The notes under the pieces: model-generated
Databases searched by the model: none
What the model was told of the DNA's origin: nothing
What the model saw: only the letters and a program-made list of their open reading frames with translations
In this document: positions 10,453 through 19,814 of the stretch, piece after piece
How positions within the stretch are numbered: the stretch's first letter is position 1
Layout of the letters: each line of letters starts with the position of its first letter
From: Gammaproteobacteria bacterium
GTDB taxonomy: Bacteria > Pseudomonadota > Gammaproteobacteria > Eutrophobiales > Eutrophobiaceae
Assembly (NCBI GenBank): GCA_965116495.1
Contig: OZ220696.1
Coordinates: 3,296,001 to 3,360,000, forward strand
DNA: 64,000 bases
Direction of reading: 5' to 3'
Made by a program: the position numbers and the translations under genes

Positions 10453-11007
10453 ATGTCCATTAGTCGTCGAAACTTCATCAGGCAGTCAGGCCTTGCCCTC
10501 ACTTTTGCCGTGGCAGGCAAGACGCTGCTGCTTACACCGCGCGAGGCTTACGCCAGGAGCGTACCCTTTTCAGTCCTGGGCCGGGCGGAAGTCGATTCCC
10601 TGGAAGCGATCTGTGAACGTCTGCTATCCGGCGCCAGGGAAAACGGTGTCGCGTATTTTGTTGACCGCCAGTTGTCGCTCGACCCCAATGACAGCATGCT
10701 GTTCATCAAGTGTTTCAACCTGGAGCCGCCCTACCTGGACTTCTACCGGCCGGCGCTGGCGGAAATCAGCCGGGTGAGCAAAACGGTTTATGGCGCGGAT
10801 ATCGCTGAACTCGACCAGGGCGGTGCCAAATCCCTGATTGAATCATTGCGTGATGGAAACGTGCCGGACTGGAACGGTCCGCCGCCGCCGCTGGTTTATC
10901 ACGCGCTTCGCAATGACGCCGTGGACGTGGTGTACGGCACCATGGAAGGCTTTGCGGACCTGGGTGTTCCCTACCTGGCGCACATCAAACCGCCGCAGGC
11001 ATGGTGA
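10453..11007 (+). CDS. Tat-exported gluconate-2-dehydrogenase subunit-3-like protein
   Basis: SRRNFI twin-arginine signal and GAxExGVxxFVDRQL motif; directly upstream of a GMC flavoprotein. Confidence 0.8.
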   Translation: MSISRRNFIRQSGLALTFAVAGKTLLLTPREAYARSVPFSVLGRAEVDSLEAICERLLSGARENGVAYFVDRQLSLDPNDSMLFIKCFNLEPPYLDFYRPALAEISRVSKTVYGADIAELDQGGAKSLIESLRDGNVPDWNGPPPPLVYHALRNDAVDVVYGTMEGFADLGVPYLAHIKPPQAW

Positions 11008-11008
11008 C

Positions 11009-12580
11009 GTGAGAGGTCCCGAAAAAGTAGATGTGGTGGTAGTTGGCAGTGGCGCAGCCGGCAGTGTCTATGCGGCGATCTTCGCGGAAGCCGGGAAAAG
11101 CGTGCTGGTGTTGGAGAAAGGTCCGGACCGTAAACTGACCGATTTGTACAGTTCGCAGATCTGGGCCAGGCGCCTGAAATGGGGAGCGCCCCACGTATTT
11201 GAGGAGGGCAAGGACAGTATCTGGTACAACTTCAATGCCGGCCACGGCTTCGGCGGCGCGGCGATCCATCACTATGCCGTGTGGCCCAGGTACCATGAAG
11301 ATGACATGCAGGAGCATACACTCTACGGCAAGGGACTGGACTGGCCGCTGGAGTATGAACAACTCCGTCCCTGGTACGATCAGGTCCAGGAAGACGTGGG
11401 CATGTCCGGCGATGCGGAAAAGGAAATCTGGCGGCCGCCGGGTGCGCCCTATCCGTTACCGCCCCTCCCCGTGTTCATACACGGTGAGGTCTTGGCGCGC
11501 GGTTTCGCCGCATTGGACTTGCGCACCTCACCCATCCCGGCGGCCATCCTGTCCCGGGACTACAAGGGGAGACCGGCCTGTATTTACGACAGTTGGTGTG
11601 ATGCCGGATGCCCTACCGGCGCCCTGGCCAACCCCCTGGTTGAATATTTACCCAGAGCGGTAGCAGCCGGAGCCGTGATGCAGGCAGACAGTTACGTCAC
11701 CCGGGTGTTAACGGACGGGGAGGGAGTGAGGGCCACGGGAGTAGAATACTATGACAAGGCCGGACAACGTCATGAGCAGTTGGCGGACGCGGTAGTGGTT
11801 GCCGCGTTTACCGTCGAAAACTGCCGTATCCTGCTGAACTCGGCGACTGATAGACACGACCGGGGCCTGGGGAATTCAAGCGGAAAGCTTGGCCGCTACC
11901 TGATGTCGCATCCTGCTGTCAATATCTTCGGCCTGTTCAAGGAGGAGACACACTGTTACCAGGGCGTGACCGGTGGACAGTTATTCAGCCAGGACGGCTT
12001 CGACAAGGAAAAGAGCAAGGATATTTTCGGCAGCAGGCAGTGGGAGATTGGTCTGGGTACAAAACCGAACGACCTGCTGGGTATCGCCATGAGCCGGGCA
12101 GACCTGTTCGGTAACGATTTGCATAAATTCGTCGAACGGGGTAGTCGCCACCTCGGCGCCATGGTCGGGGTCTGCGAATGCCTGCCCCATGAGGCTAACC
12201 GTATCGAGCTTGTCGATACCAAAGATAGCTTCGGTGTGCGTTTGGCTAGATCCACCTTCAACCTGGATGACTATGCCCGCAACCTCTGGCAGGAGACGGC
12301 TGACCTGGGCGTGAACATTTTCAAGGCCGCAGGGGCAACCGAAGCATGGCACGGTCCTCCGGGAGGCCAACACATCATGGGAGGAACCATCATGGGATTG
12401 GACAGGAAAACCTCTGTAACCAACGAGTATGCACAACTGCACGATGTGCCCAATGTCATCATCGGCGGACCCAGCGTCTTCCCTACCAGTTCCAGCGTGA
12501 ATTCCACCTTCACTGCTCACGCGCTGGCATTACGCTCTGTCCGGCATATAGCCGAGCATTGGAGCGGGCTGATTGCCTGA
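11009..12580 (+). CDS. GMC-family FAD oxidoreductase
   Basis: VVVGSGAAG...LEKG FAD motif, CxxxxxCxxGC cluster, HIMGGTIMG and NSTFT; GTG start after the upstream stop. Confidence 0.9.
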   Translation: MRGPEKVDVVVVGSGAAGSVYAAIFAEAGKSVLVLEKGPDRKLTDLYSSQIWARRLKWGAPHVFEEGKDSIWYNFNAGHGFGGAAIHHYAVWPRYHEDDMQEHTLYGKGLDWPLEYEQLRPWYDQVQEDVGMSGDAEKEIWRPPGAPYPLPPLPVFIHGEVLARGFAALDLRTSPIPAAILSRDYKGRPACIYDSWCDAGCPTGALANPLVEYLPRAVAAGAVMQADSYVTRVLTDGEGVRATGVEYYDKAGQRHEQLADAVVVAAFTVENCRILLNSATDRHDRGLGNSSGKLGRYLMSHPAVNIFGLFKEETHCYQGVTGGQLFSQDGFDKEKSKDIFGSRQWEIGLGTKPNDLLGIAMSRADLFGNDLHKFVERGSRHLGAMVGVCECLPHEANRIELVDTKDSFGVRLARSTFNLDDYARNLWQETADLGVNIFKAAGATEAWHGPPGGQHIMGGTIMGLDRKTSVTNEYAQLHDVPNVIIGGPSVFPTSSSVNSTFTAHALALRSVRHIAEHWSGLIA

Positions 12581-12591
12581 AGCCAAGCCCT

Positions 12592-12688
12592 CGTCGTTCT
12601 GGCAAACGCCAGAATCCAGTCGAAAAACGCTTCGTTACAATGAAAAAAGCAGCTTGTCCCCTGGATTCCCGCTTGCACCGGAACGACG
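12592..12688. repeat. Inverted pair of REP-like (CGTCRTTC...GAATCCAG, dRS3-like) units
   Basis: cgtcgttctggcaaacgccagaatccag ... ctggattcccgcttgcaccggaacgacg. Confidence 0.75.
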
Positions 12689-12840
12689 GACCGCGTTTTA
12701 CGGCCAGATTCCTGCCATCTACGGCAGAATCCAAAAGTATGCGTTTGCCCCGGATTAAGTCAGGGTTTTCCTTTATTTTTGTTGAAGCTGTTTTATAATC
12801 AACAATCCCAATCGTAGCCAGGAGTTTAAGGAGACATGTT

Positions 12841-13422
12841 ATGACTTTAAAACGTATTCTGTGTATCGCCCTGCTTTCTTCTACCTTTTTCGTACTCGGC
12901 AGAGGCGCCGTAGCGGCTGAATACGAAATTGATATAGAAGGTATGCACGCGGCAATCCAGTTCCGGATCATTCACCTGGGTTACAGTGTTTTGACCGGCC
13001 GCTTTAATGATTTCGGCGGCAGTTTCAGCTGGGATAAAGACGACCCGGGCGCTGCGTCGATTAATGTGACGATTAAAACAGCCAGTATCGATTCAAATCA
13101 TGCTGAACGGGATAAGCACCTGCGCGAAGCGGATTTTCTGGACGTGGAAAAATACCCGGAAGCGACCTTCGAGAGCACGAAGTACAACGGTGACGCCGCC
13201 GGCGGCAAGCTGGATGGAATTCTGACCCTGCACGGTGTGAGCAAACCCATCACGATAGATGTTGAATACATCGGCGAAGGAGATGATCCCTGGGGCGGTT
13301 ACCGCGCTGGTTTTGAGGGTAATGTGACATTACGCCGTTCGGATTTCGGCATGATGTATGAACTCGGCCCCAGGTCGGACGAGATGGAACTGGACCTGTA
13401 TATCGAGGGCGTCAGAAAGTAA
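12841..13422 (+). CDS. yceI: YceI-family periplasmic lipid/polyisoprenoid-binding protein
   Basis: Signal peptide; HLGYS, GRFNDF, NHAERDKHLR, LTLHGV and DPWGGYRAGF motifs. Confidence 0.93.
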   Translation: MTLKRILCIALLSSTFFVLGRGAVAAEYEIDIEGMHAAIQFRIIHLGYSVLTGRFNDFGGSFSWDKDDPGAASINVTIKTASIDSNHAERDKHLREADFLDVEKYPEATFESTKYNGDAAGGKLDGILTLHGVSKPITIDVEYIGEGDDPWGGYRAGFEGNVTLRRSDFGMMYELGPRSDEMELDLYIEGVRK

Positions 13423-13457
13423 CGGCGCCGGGTGCCTGCAGATTGATGACGGACCGA

Positions 13458-13537
13458 TGGATTCCGGCATTCGCCGGGATGACGGTTTCGCCGGGATGAC
13501 GGTTTCGTGGGAATGATGGTTTCGTGGGAATGACGGA
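13458..13537. repeat. REP-like hairpin followed by 17-bp tandem half-site amplification (4 units)
   Basis: ttcgccgggatgacggt x2, ttcgtgggaatgatggt, ttcgtgggaatgacgga. Confidence 0.8.
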
Positions 13538-13549
13538 CGTGACTGTTTA

Positions 13550-14095
13550 ATGTTGATCAAAAACACACTGTCCCGGTTCGGCCTGTTCAGCAGGTTACTG
13601 CACTGGTTGATCGCTATCCTCATCCTCGGCCTGATCTGGCTGGGCTGGTATATGGTGGATTTGACCTACTATGACAAGTGGTATAACGATTCGCTGCATT
13701 ACCATAAGTCACTGGGTATCCTGGCTTTGGCACTGGCGCTGTTCAAACTGGGTTGGCAGAGATATACCCCTGCACCTGACCCGTTAGCTGATTTACAAAC
13801 CTGGGAAAAGAGCGGGGCCACGCTCATGCACTACGTCTTGTGGGGCATGATATTACTAATTCCTGTTACCGGCTATCTTATCTCCACTTCCGCGGGAAAA
13901 CCCATCCAGTTGTTCAGCTGGTTTACACTGCCCGCAGTCATTGACGTGGATGAGGAACTCAGGGATCTCGCCATAGCTGTACACTTCTACCTGGCATACG
14001 CAACCCTGTTCCTGGTTCTGGGGCATGCCGGCGCAGCGTTAAAACATCATTTCATCAACAAGGACGACACGCTCAAACGCATGTTGTGGAAGTGA
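13550..14095 (+). CDS. Cytochrome b561 (YceJ-like)
   Basis: LLHW, HKSLG, PVTGYL, H..A and AALKHHF..KD.TL.RM motifs; adjacent to yceI. Confidence 0.9.
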   Translation: MLIKNTLSRFGLFSRLLHWLIAILILGLIWLGWYMVDLTYYDKWYNDSLHYHKSLGILALALALFKLGWQRYTPAPDPLADLQTWEKSGATLMHYVLWGMILLIPVTGYLISTSAGKPIQLFSWFTLPAVIDVDEELRDLAIAVHFYLAYATLFLVLGHAGAALKHHFINKDDTLKRMLWK

Positions 14096-14107
14096 GGGTT
14101 CGCAGCC

Positions 14108-14132
14108 GGGGACAGAATTCAATTCTGTCCCC
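14108..14132. repeat. GGGGACAG...CTGTCCCC palindrome between convergent genes
   Basis: GGGGACAGAATT-C-AATTCTGTCCCC, perfect 12-bp arms. Confidence 0.85.
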
Positions 14133-14163
14133 AAACTCAGTCTTCCCTGTCCATTTACGCGAA

Positions 14164-15540
14164 TCACCCCTGGCCCAGGGCCAGGTAACAGACCAGCGTG
14201 ATCACGACCGCCAGTATCAGGTTCAGCACGAATCCCCCTTGCACCATTTCTTTGATTGTGACGTGGCCCGTGCCGAATACAATGGCATTGGGGACGGTAG
14301 CAACCGGCAGCATGAAGGCGCAGGATGCTGACATTGCTGCCGGGATCATCATCAACTCGGGGGCGACGCCAACGGCCATAGCGGTTGCCGCGAAGATAGG
14401 CATCAGCAACGTGGTCGTTGCCGTATTGGAGGTAATCTCGGTCAGAAACGTCACGCCCAGGCAAATGCACAGAAGCAGCACGGGCACGGGAAACATGGCC
14501 AGGACGGCCAGTTTTTGCGCGATCAGTTCTGCCAGACCGCTGGATGAAAACGCCTTGGCAATGGTAATGCCGCTGGCGAAAAGAATTAACATGCCCCAGG
14601 GAATATCTACAGCCGTTTTCCAGTCCAGCAACCGGTCCCCCTTGCCGGACGGCAAAATAAACATGACAAGCACGGCAGCCAGCGCCACGGTGGCATCGCC
14701 CACTCCGGGGGTTCCCAGCAGACCTGACCAGCCGCCGAACGGCTCGGAACGCGTTATCCATAATACTATCGTGGTTCCGAACACCGCCAGGACGCGTATT
14801 TCATTCACCTGCCACGCATCGGCTTTCGGCAGGACCAGGGTTTCTTTCCAGGTAACGTTGCGGGTCAGCCACAATGCCATCAGCGGCAGGCCGCATGCGA
14901 CGACCGGGAGACCGATCTTCATCCAGTCCAGAAACGTGTATTCAAGACCGGTGAACTCGGAATAAATACCTGAGAATATGATGTTGGGCGGCGTGCCTAT
15001 CAGGGTTGCAACACCCCCCAGCGAGGAAGAATGGGCGAGACCCAGAACGACGGCAATAGCCAGCGCCTTGTCCTCCACCTGTTTGAGTACCGCCAGGGCA
15101 ATCGGGATCAGGATCAGGGTCGTGGCCGTATTGCTGATCCACATGGACAACGATGCCCCGGTCAACATGAAGGCAAACACGATGCGTTTCCCGCTGCCGC
15201 CGACCGTATGCAGAATAGCCAGGGCAAAGCGCCTGTGCACACCGGACCGTTCCAGGGATTTTGCCAGCATGAAACCGCCCATCAACAGCAGTATCACCGG
15301 GCTGCCCAGGCCCGCCGCCGCTTCCTTGTGGGTCAGGACGTTGGTTAGCGGGAAGGCAAAAAACGGGATCAATGAGGTCGCCGGTATCGGTATGGTTTCC
15401 GTGACCCACCAGGTAGCGGTCAGCAGGGTTATCGCCGCGGTCATGGCAATCGCGTACTCAATATCAAAATAACGCAACAGGAAGAACAACAGGATGGATA
15501 ACAAGGGGGCCGCAAATAACGCGATTGATTTGATTTTCAT
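14164..15540 (-). CDS. SLC13/DASS-family sodium:dicarboxylate or sulfate symporter
   Basis: SMWISNTATT, GTPPN, TEITSNTAT and FMLPVATVPN signature motifs. Confidence 0.92.
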   Translation of the reverse strand: MKIKSIALFAAPLLSILLFFLLRYFDIEYAIAMTAAITLLTATWWVTETIPIPATSLIPFFAFPLTNVLTHKEAAAGLGSPVILLLMGGFMLAKSLERSGVHRRFALAILHTVGGSGKRIVFAFMLTGASLSMWISNTATTLILIPIALAVLKQVEDKALAIAVVLGLAHSSSLGGVATLIGTPPNIIFSGIYSEFTGLEYTFLDWMKIGLPVVACGLPLMALWLTRNVTWKETLVLPKADAWQVNEIRVLAVFGTTIVLWITRSEPFGGWSGLLGTPGVGDATVALAAVLVMFILPSGKGDRLLDWKTAVDIPWGMLILFASGITIAKAFSSSGLAELIAQKLAVLAMFPVPVLLLCICLGVTFLTEITSNTATTTLLMPIFAATAMAVGVAPELMMIPAAMSASCAFMLPVATVPNAIVFGTGHVTIKEMVQGGFVLNLILAVVITLVCYLALGQG

Positions 15541-15611
15541 TCTTATAATTCCTGATATCCTGGCTATTTTCTATTACATTATATTATCAGGGGTATTTGG
15601 GAGATCATAAA

Positions 15612-16625
15612 ATGCTGTTTACTCGTCGTGCATTCATAGGCGCCGCGTCGGCTACCTCCGCGTTGCTGGCCGGCGCCTCAACCGCAAAACCGGCTTCTTC
15701 GTCACAGGATCCCCCCGCCGACAGTGATTATCTTCACGTATCGATTGACGCCATGAATTACGCGCTCAAATATATCCTGCTTACACTGTTGCTGACTCCG
15801 TACACTCCGCCCGCGGCAAGCCAGGAGTGTACGCCGGATGATTTTCCCGAACATTATATGCAGGTCTACGATAACCGGGGACTGCTTGACCGGTGCTACC
15901 AGCAACTCATCGATACCCTGGATGATGCCCGGGCCGTCCAGGCAGACCTGGTCGGCCTGATGGCCGGCAGATATCAACATGCCGGTTACAAAGTGGGACT
16001 CACGGACAGTAAAGCACAGGAAATGTTTGGCATACCCCAACCGCTGGTCGGCGTCCTGTTCAAGGAAATGCTGCTACCGGACGGGGCTGTTATCGCGCTG
16101 GATTCCGCCACGTCGCTGCTGGTGGAACTGGACCTGCTGGCGCGGGTAAACTCGGCTGAGATTAACCAGGCCGTATCAATTGAAGACGTAGCCCGGCATA
16201 TTGATGCGATCATCCCGTTCATTGAATTGCCCGACGCGTTATTCAGGCTTGATGGCGGCAACGCGGCAGCGCTGTTACTGGCCGGCAACGTAGGATCCAG
16301 GTGGGGCGTCACCGGTATCCCCGTAACAGTAATTAACGCGCAGGACCTGGTCGAATATCTCCCCGCTATGACATTTCACCTGGAGACGGAAACGGGAGCT
16401 ATATTACGCCAGGGGCAGGGAAACCAGATTTTGGGACATCCATTAAATTCAATCCTGTTTTTATTGGAGGAACTGGTCCTGAGAAATGAAACACTGAAGC
16501 CCGGGCAGGTAATCAGCCTGGGCGCTATCGGCGGACCGGTGAAGGCAGAGCAGGGCAGGCGTTATACGGCGAAATATTCCGGTTATGGTGAGAAGGGATT
16601 CAGCGTATCCGTCACAATCCGATAG
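15612..16625 (+). CDS. 2-keto-4-pentenoate hydratase/FAH-family protein with export signal(s); start may be 15753
   Basis: GYKVGLT, ELDL..R, PFIELPD, GNV..R.GV.G, ILGHPL and LKPGQVISLG motifs. Confidence 0.8.
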   Translation: MLFTRRAFIGAASATSALLAGASTAKPASSSQDPPADSDYLHVSIDAMNYALKYILLTLLLTPYTPPAASQECTPDDFPEHYMQVYDNRGLLDRCYQQLIDTLDDARAVQADLVGLMAGRYQHAGYKVGLTDSKAQEMFGIPQPLVGVLFKEMLLPDGAVIALDSATSLLVELDLLARVNSAEINQAVSIEDVARHIDAIIPFIELPDALFRLDGGNAAALLLAGNVGSRWGVTGIPVTVINAQDLVEYLPAMTFHLETETGAILRQGQGNQILGHPLNSILFLLEELVLRNETLKPGQVISLGAIGGPVKAEQGRRYTAKYSGYGEKGFSVSVTIR

Positions 16626-16635
16626 CCGTAGCGCG

Positions 16636-17220
16636 TCAAATTATCCGTAACAGTTCTTCCGACGTCATCACCCGGGCGGTCCAGTCATCCAGGATCTCGA
16701 AGTAGATTTCCGAATGGTGTTCCCAGGGCGCCGCGCCGGTGCAGTCCTTGATGACCACTGTCGGAATGTCCCGGGCAAAGGCATCTCTTGCGGTGCTGCT
16801 GACGGCATTATTCACACTCAAACCACATAACAGCAAAACATCGATTTCCAGGGATTTCAGTATGTCAGGGAGACCGTCTCCCCAGAATGCGCTGGGACGG
16901 TTACGCCTGATAAAAATATCCGAGTCCCGTGTGTGCAGGCGGCTGTCCCATTCCATCCACCTGGAACCCGTGCAAAAATACCCCTGTTTCACGAGAGGAT
17001 TATCCTTCAGCAGTCCTGCATCCGAAAGGTCATCGGCCAGGACATAACTGGAATAAACAATGGGCAGGCGCTTGTCTCTCAGGGTTGTTACCAGGCCGTT
17101 TACGTTCTCGATTAATGAAGCCGCTGCAACATTTTTCAGGGGACCATCGGCGCTGGTAAAGAGTTCCTGCAGGTCCAGGACCAGCGCCAGTAGCCGCGAA
17201 TTTTCCAGGCTGAACTGCAT
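16636..17220 (-). CDS. Isochorismatase-family hydrolase
   Basis: LVLDLQ, RPSAF and TARDAFARD motifs; the usual catalytic Cys position reads NNAV. Confidence 0.75.
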   Translation of the reverse strand: MQFSLENSRLLALVLDLQELFTSADGPLKNVAAASLIENVNGLVTTLRDKRLPIVYSSYVLADDLSDAGLLKDNPLVKQGYFCTGSRWMEWDSRLHTRDSDIFIRRNRPSAFWGDGLPDILKSLEIDVLLLCGLSVNNAVSSTARDAFARDIPTVVIKDCTGAAPWEHHSEIYFEILDDWTARVMTSEELLRII

Positions 17221-17250
17221 GAATGAGGGTAAACCCCGGCAGCAGAAAGG

Positions 17251-18243
17251 TTATTTTATCGCAAACGGCCGGGCAGGCGAGCCGGTTGCACCCTTGAACG
17301 GTATGGCGCCGAAAACAAAGGCGAATTCGTACACCTGGTCCTGTAACAAGGCGCTGAAATCTATGTTTTCCATGATATAGATACCGTTTTCCACCAGGAA
17401 TTTCTGGTGGTTCGGGGCAAATTGTGTCGGGTCTGGTCCGGGTATGGCCTCGACCGCCCAATTATCCGTGCCGACCAGGATGACTTTTTTATCAACCACC
17501 CAGTCACCCGCCTTGTCCGTCAGGCCCGGTACGCAACTGTTGAATTTTTTATTGTCGGTCTTCCACAGGGTACCCCAGCCGGTGTAATAGAATAACGCGT
17601 CACCGGGCTGGATGGCGCTTTCATCCATTCTCTGTCTGTTCAGCGCTGCATGCAGGTCGCCAAGCGTGACTTCTTCCGTGCATTCCAGCATGCGCTGTTT
17701 TAACCCGGCGATGTCAATCAATATGCCGCGGGTAAAGATCGGTACGACATGTTCCACGCCCAGTTTACGGAACCCGCGCCCGGTGCCTATTTCTGCATGG
17801 CTGTGACCATTGTAGTAGCGTACCTCGTTCAGGTCTCCCGGTTTGCCGGTGACCGTCGCCATGTGGCTGAGCGAGTCGAATTGTGTCCCGTCCTGGGTGA
17901 TATGTCCGGCGATATAGTCCTCATTCCAGGCCAGCCTGTTGTCTCCCATGGGTCCCCAGGAAGTGGCGCCCGGGACGGTCAGGGAGTATTTGCGGTGTTG
18001 CGGAGTCAGGTCGAACAGGGGCATGTCTTCCTCAAACACACGGCCCATGTCATAAATCTTTCCCTCGGTAATCAGGCCCGCAGCGGCCAGTACCTTGGCC
18101 GGCGTCAACCGGTTCAACGCGCCCAGCTGGTCGTCCGCTCCCCACTCAGAGGGCCACCATTTATGCTTTATGTCGTCAGCGGAATAGGATACATTTGCCA
18201 AAAGGCAACAACAGGCGATTGTCAGGATGATGTTTCTAATCAT
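17251..18243 (-). CDS. Secreted cyclase-family (kynurenine formamidase-like) metal hydrolase
   Basis: Signal peptide; WGADDQLGALN, QDGTQFDSLSH, TRGILID, TGW, GTDNWAVE and GATGSP motifs. Confidence 0.85.
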   Translation of the reverse strand: MIRNIILTIACCCLLANVSYSADDIKHKWWPSEWGADDQLGALNRLTPAKVLAAAGLITEGKIYDMGRVFEEDMPLFDLTPQHRKYSLTVPGATSWGPMGDNRLAWNEDYIAGHITQDGTQFDSLSHMATVTGKPGDLNEVRYYNGHSHAEIGTGRGFRKLGVEHVVPIFTRGILIDIAGLKQRMLECTEEVTLGDLHAALNRQRMDESAIQPGDALFYYTGWGTLWKTDNKKFNSCVPGLTDKAGDWVVDKKVILVGTDNWAVEAIPGPDPTQFAPNHQKFLVENGIYIMENIDFSALLQDQVYEFAFVFGAIPFKGATGSPARPFAIK

Positions 18244-18289
18244 AATTGTTTACTAACAGAGATGAGTTCAGATATACAGTATAATCAGG

Positions 18290-18330
18290 AATTCCTAATT
18301 CGTAATTCCTAATTCGTAATTCCTAATTGG
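18290..18330. repeat. Alternating heptamer tandem repeat AATTCCT/AATTCGT in a divergent promoter region
   Basis: Five full units plus a partial; same family as 4794-4905. Confidence 0.85.
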
Positions 18331-18338
18331 TTTTCATA

Positions 18339-19097
18339 GTGGTTAAACGGTTTCAGGACAAAACGGTATTGATACTGGGGGCTACCAGCGGGGTCGGCCG
18401 GACTACGGCCCTGCTGTTCGCCGGAGAAGGCGCCAACGTGGTGATCGGGGGCCGCAACGCGGACGGCGGCAACGAGGTGGTGCGTTCCATCGAAGCGATG
18501 GATGGCAACGGTCTGTACGTGCAGACGGATGTCACCGACCTGGGCGCGATGCAGAATGCAGTGGACAGGACAGTCGGCACGTTCGGGGGGTTGAACGTAG
18601 CGTTCAATAATGCCGGGCTGGCCGGTACGGGAAACAAGACGGCCGATGAGAGCGAGGCAGACTGGCTGGATATGGTCAATACCAAGTTGAACGGCGTATG
18701 GCGCGGGATGAAATGCCAGATACCGGCCATACTCGAGTCCGGTGGCGGATCGATTGTCAACATGGCGGGTAACTGGGGCCTGATAGGGTTTCCCACCTAC
18801 GCCGCGTACTGTGCCGCGGCCCACGGGGTCATGGGTCTGACCAGGGCGTCAGCCATGGAATACGTGGGCGCCGGGATCAGGATCAACGCGGTTTGCCCAG
18901 GCGCGGTGGATGCGCCGATCCTGGACCGCATGACCGGCGGCACCGAGGAGGTCAAGAACAGTTTTGCCCAATCACTCCCCGTTGGCCGGCTTTGCAGCCA
19001 GGGAGACATCGCCGATGCCGTGTTATGGCTGGCTTCCGATGCTGCATCCTATGTCAACGGAACCGGCCTGGTGCTGGACGGAGGAGGGAGTCCTTAA
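18339..19097 (+). CDS. SDR-family oxidoreductase with atypical active site
   Basis: GATSGVG, FNNAG, IRINAVCPG and SYVNG..L..DGG motifs; YCAAAH replaces YxxxK. Confidence 0.88.
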   Translation: MVKRFQDKTVLILGATSGVGRTTALLFAGEGANVVIGGRNADGGNEVVRSIEAMDGNGLYVQTDVTDLGAMQNAVDRTVGTFGGLNVAFNNAGLAGTGNKTADESEADWLDMVNTKLNGVWRGMKCQIPAILESGGGSIVNMAGNWGLIGFPTYAAYCAAAHGVMGLTRASAMEYVGAGIRINAVCPGAVDAPILDRMTGGTEEVKNSFAQSLPVGRLCSQGDIADAVLWLASDAASYVNGTGLVLDGGGSP

Positions 19098-19136
19098 CCT
19101 CTACTGCTGGATTTCCGATTTCCCTCTATTTTTCCC

Positions 19137-19164
19137 TTGACAAAGTTATCATTTATGATAACCT
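19137..19164 (+). promoter_or_regulatory. Sigma70-like promoter with overlapping palindromic operator for the TA operon
   Basis: TTGACA (19137), 16 bp, TAACCT (19159); palindrome GTTATCAT-TT-ATGATAAC at 19145-19162. Confidence 0.75.
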
Positions 19165-19170
19165 GCTCAT

Positions 19171-19495
19171 ATGTCATGGAAGATCACGTTTTTCAACCCC
19201 AAGGTCAAAGAGGAGACTTTGAAATTCCCTGACGGGATATTGAGTATTGGCCAATCTTCTCCATATTCTTGATATCATCGAAGAATTTGGTCCTGATGTA
19301 GGAAAACCATATACGGCTTCAATGGGTCATGGTCTTTTCGAAATAAGGGCAAGAGGCAGGGAAGGTATAGGACGCTCCCTGTTTTGTACTGTTAAGGGTA
19401 AAGAAGTAATTATTCTGAAATCCTTTATAAAGAAAACGCAAAAGACTCCTCAGAAAGAGATCGAGATAGCCCGTAAACGCATGAAAGAAATTTAA
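19171..19495 (+). pseudogene. RelE/HigB (Gp49-like) toxin, frameshifted by a 7-nt insertion
   Basis: MSWKITFFNPKVKEETLKFPDGIL then shifts frame. Removing AGTATTG (19243-19249) restores ...GILANLLHILD...GLFEIRARGREGIGR...FIKKTQKTP..EIEIARKRM. Confidence 0.8.
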
Positions 19496-19496
19496 A

Positions 19497-19802
19497 ATGG
19501 CAAGACCAACGTACAAATCATTCAAGACTGAAGCATTTAAGAAAAAAGGAGTAAAAGAGACGTATGCTGAGCTTGCCCCAGCTTATGAAGTCCGCAAAAA
19601 AATCATTGCCTTGCGTAAAAAAGCGGGCTACACGCAGGAACAAATAGCAGAGAAGCTACATACAAGCAAAAGCAATATTTCTCGTTTGGAAAGCGTTAAT
19701 TCCAACATCTCCCCAAAACTATCAACCCTTACGGATTATGCTGAAGCAATGGGTTACAAGCTGAAAATAGATTTTGTTCCAGCAAGGCGTTCCGGAAGAT
19801 AA
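19497..19802 (+). CDS. HigA-like XRE helix-turn-helix antitoxin
   Basis: LRKKAGYTQEQIAEKLHTSKSNISRLE...PKLSTL..YA.AMG; toxin-first gene order. Confidence 0.88.
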   Translation: MARPTYKSFKTEAFKKKGVKETYAELAPAYEVRKKIIALRKKAGYTQEQIAEKLHTSKSNISRLESVNSNISPKLSTLTDYAEAMGYKLKIDFVPARRSGR

Positions 19803-19814
19803 AAACCTGTCCCT

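Noticed and set aside
14198-14965. 255-aa + strand ORF
   Set aside because: Antisense to the SLC13 transporter, with no motifs; typical GC-rich shadow ORF.
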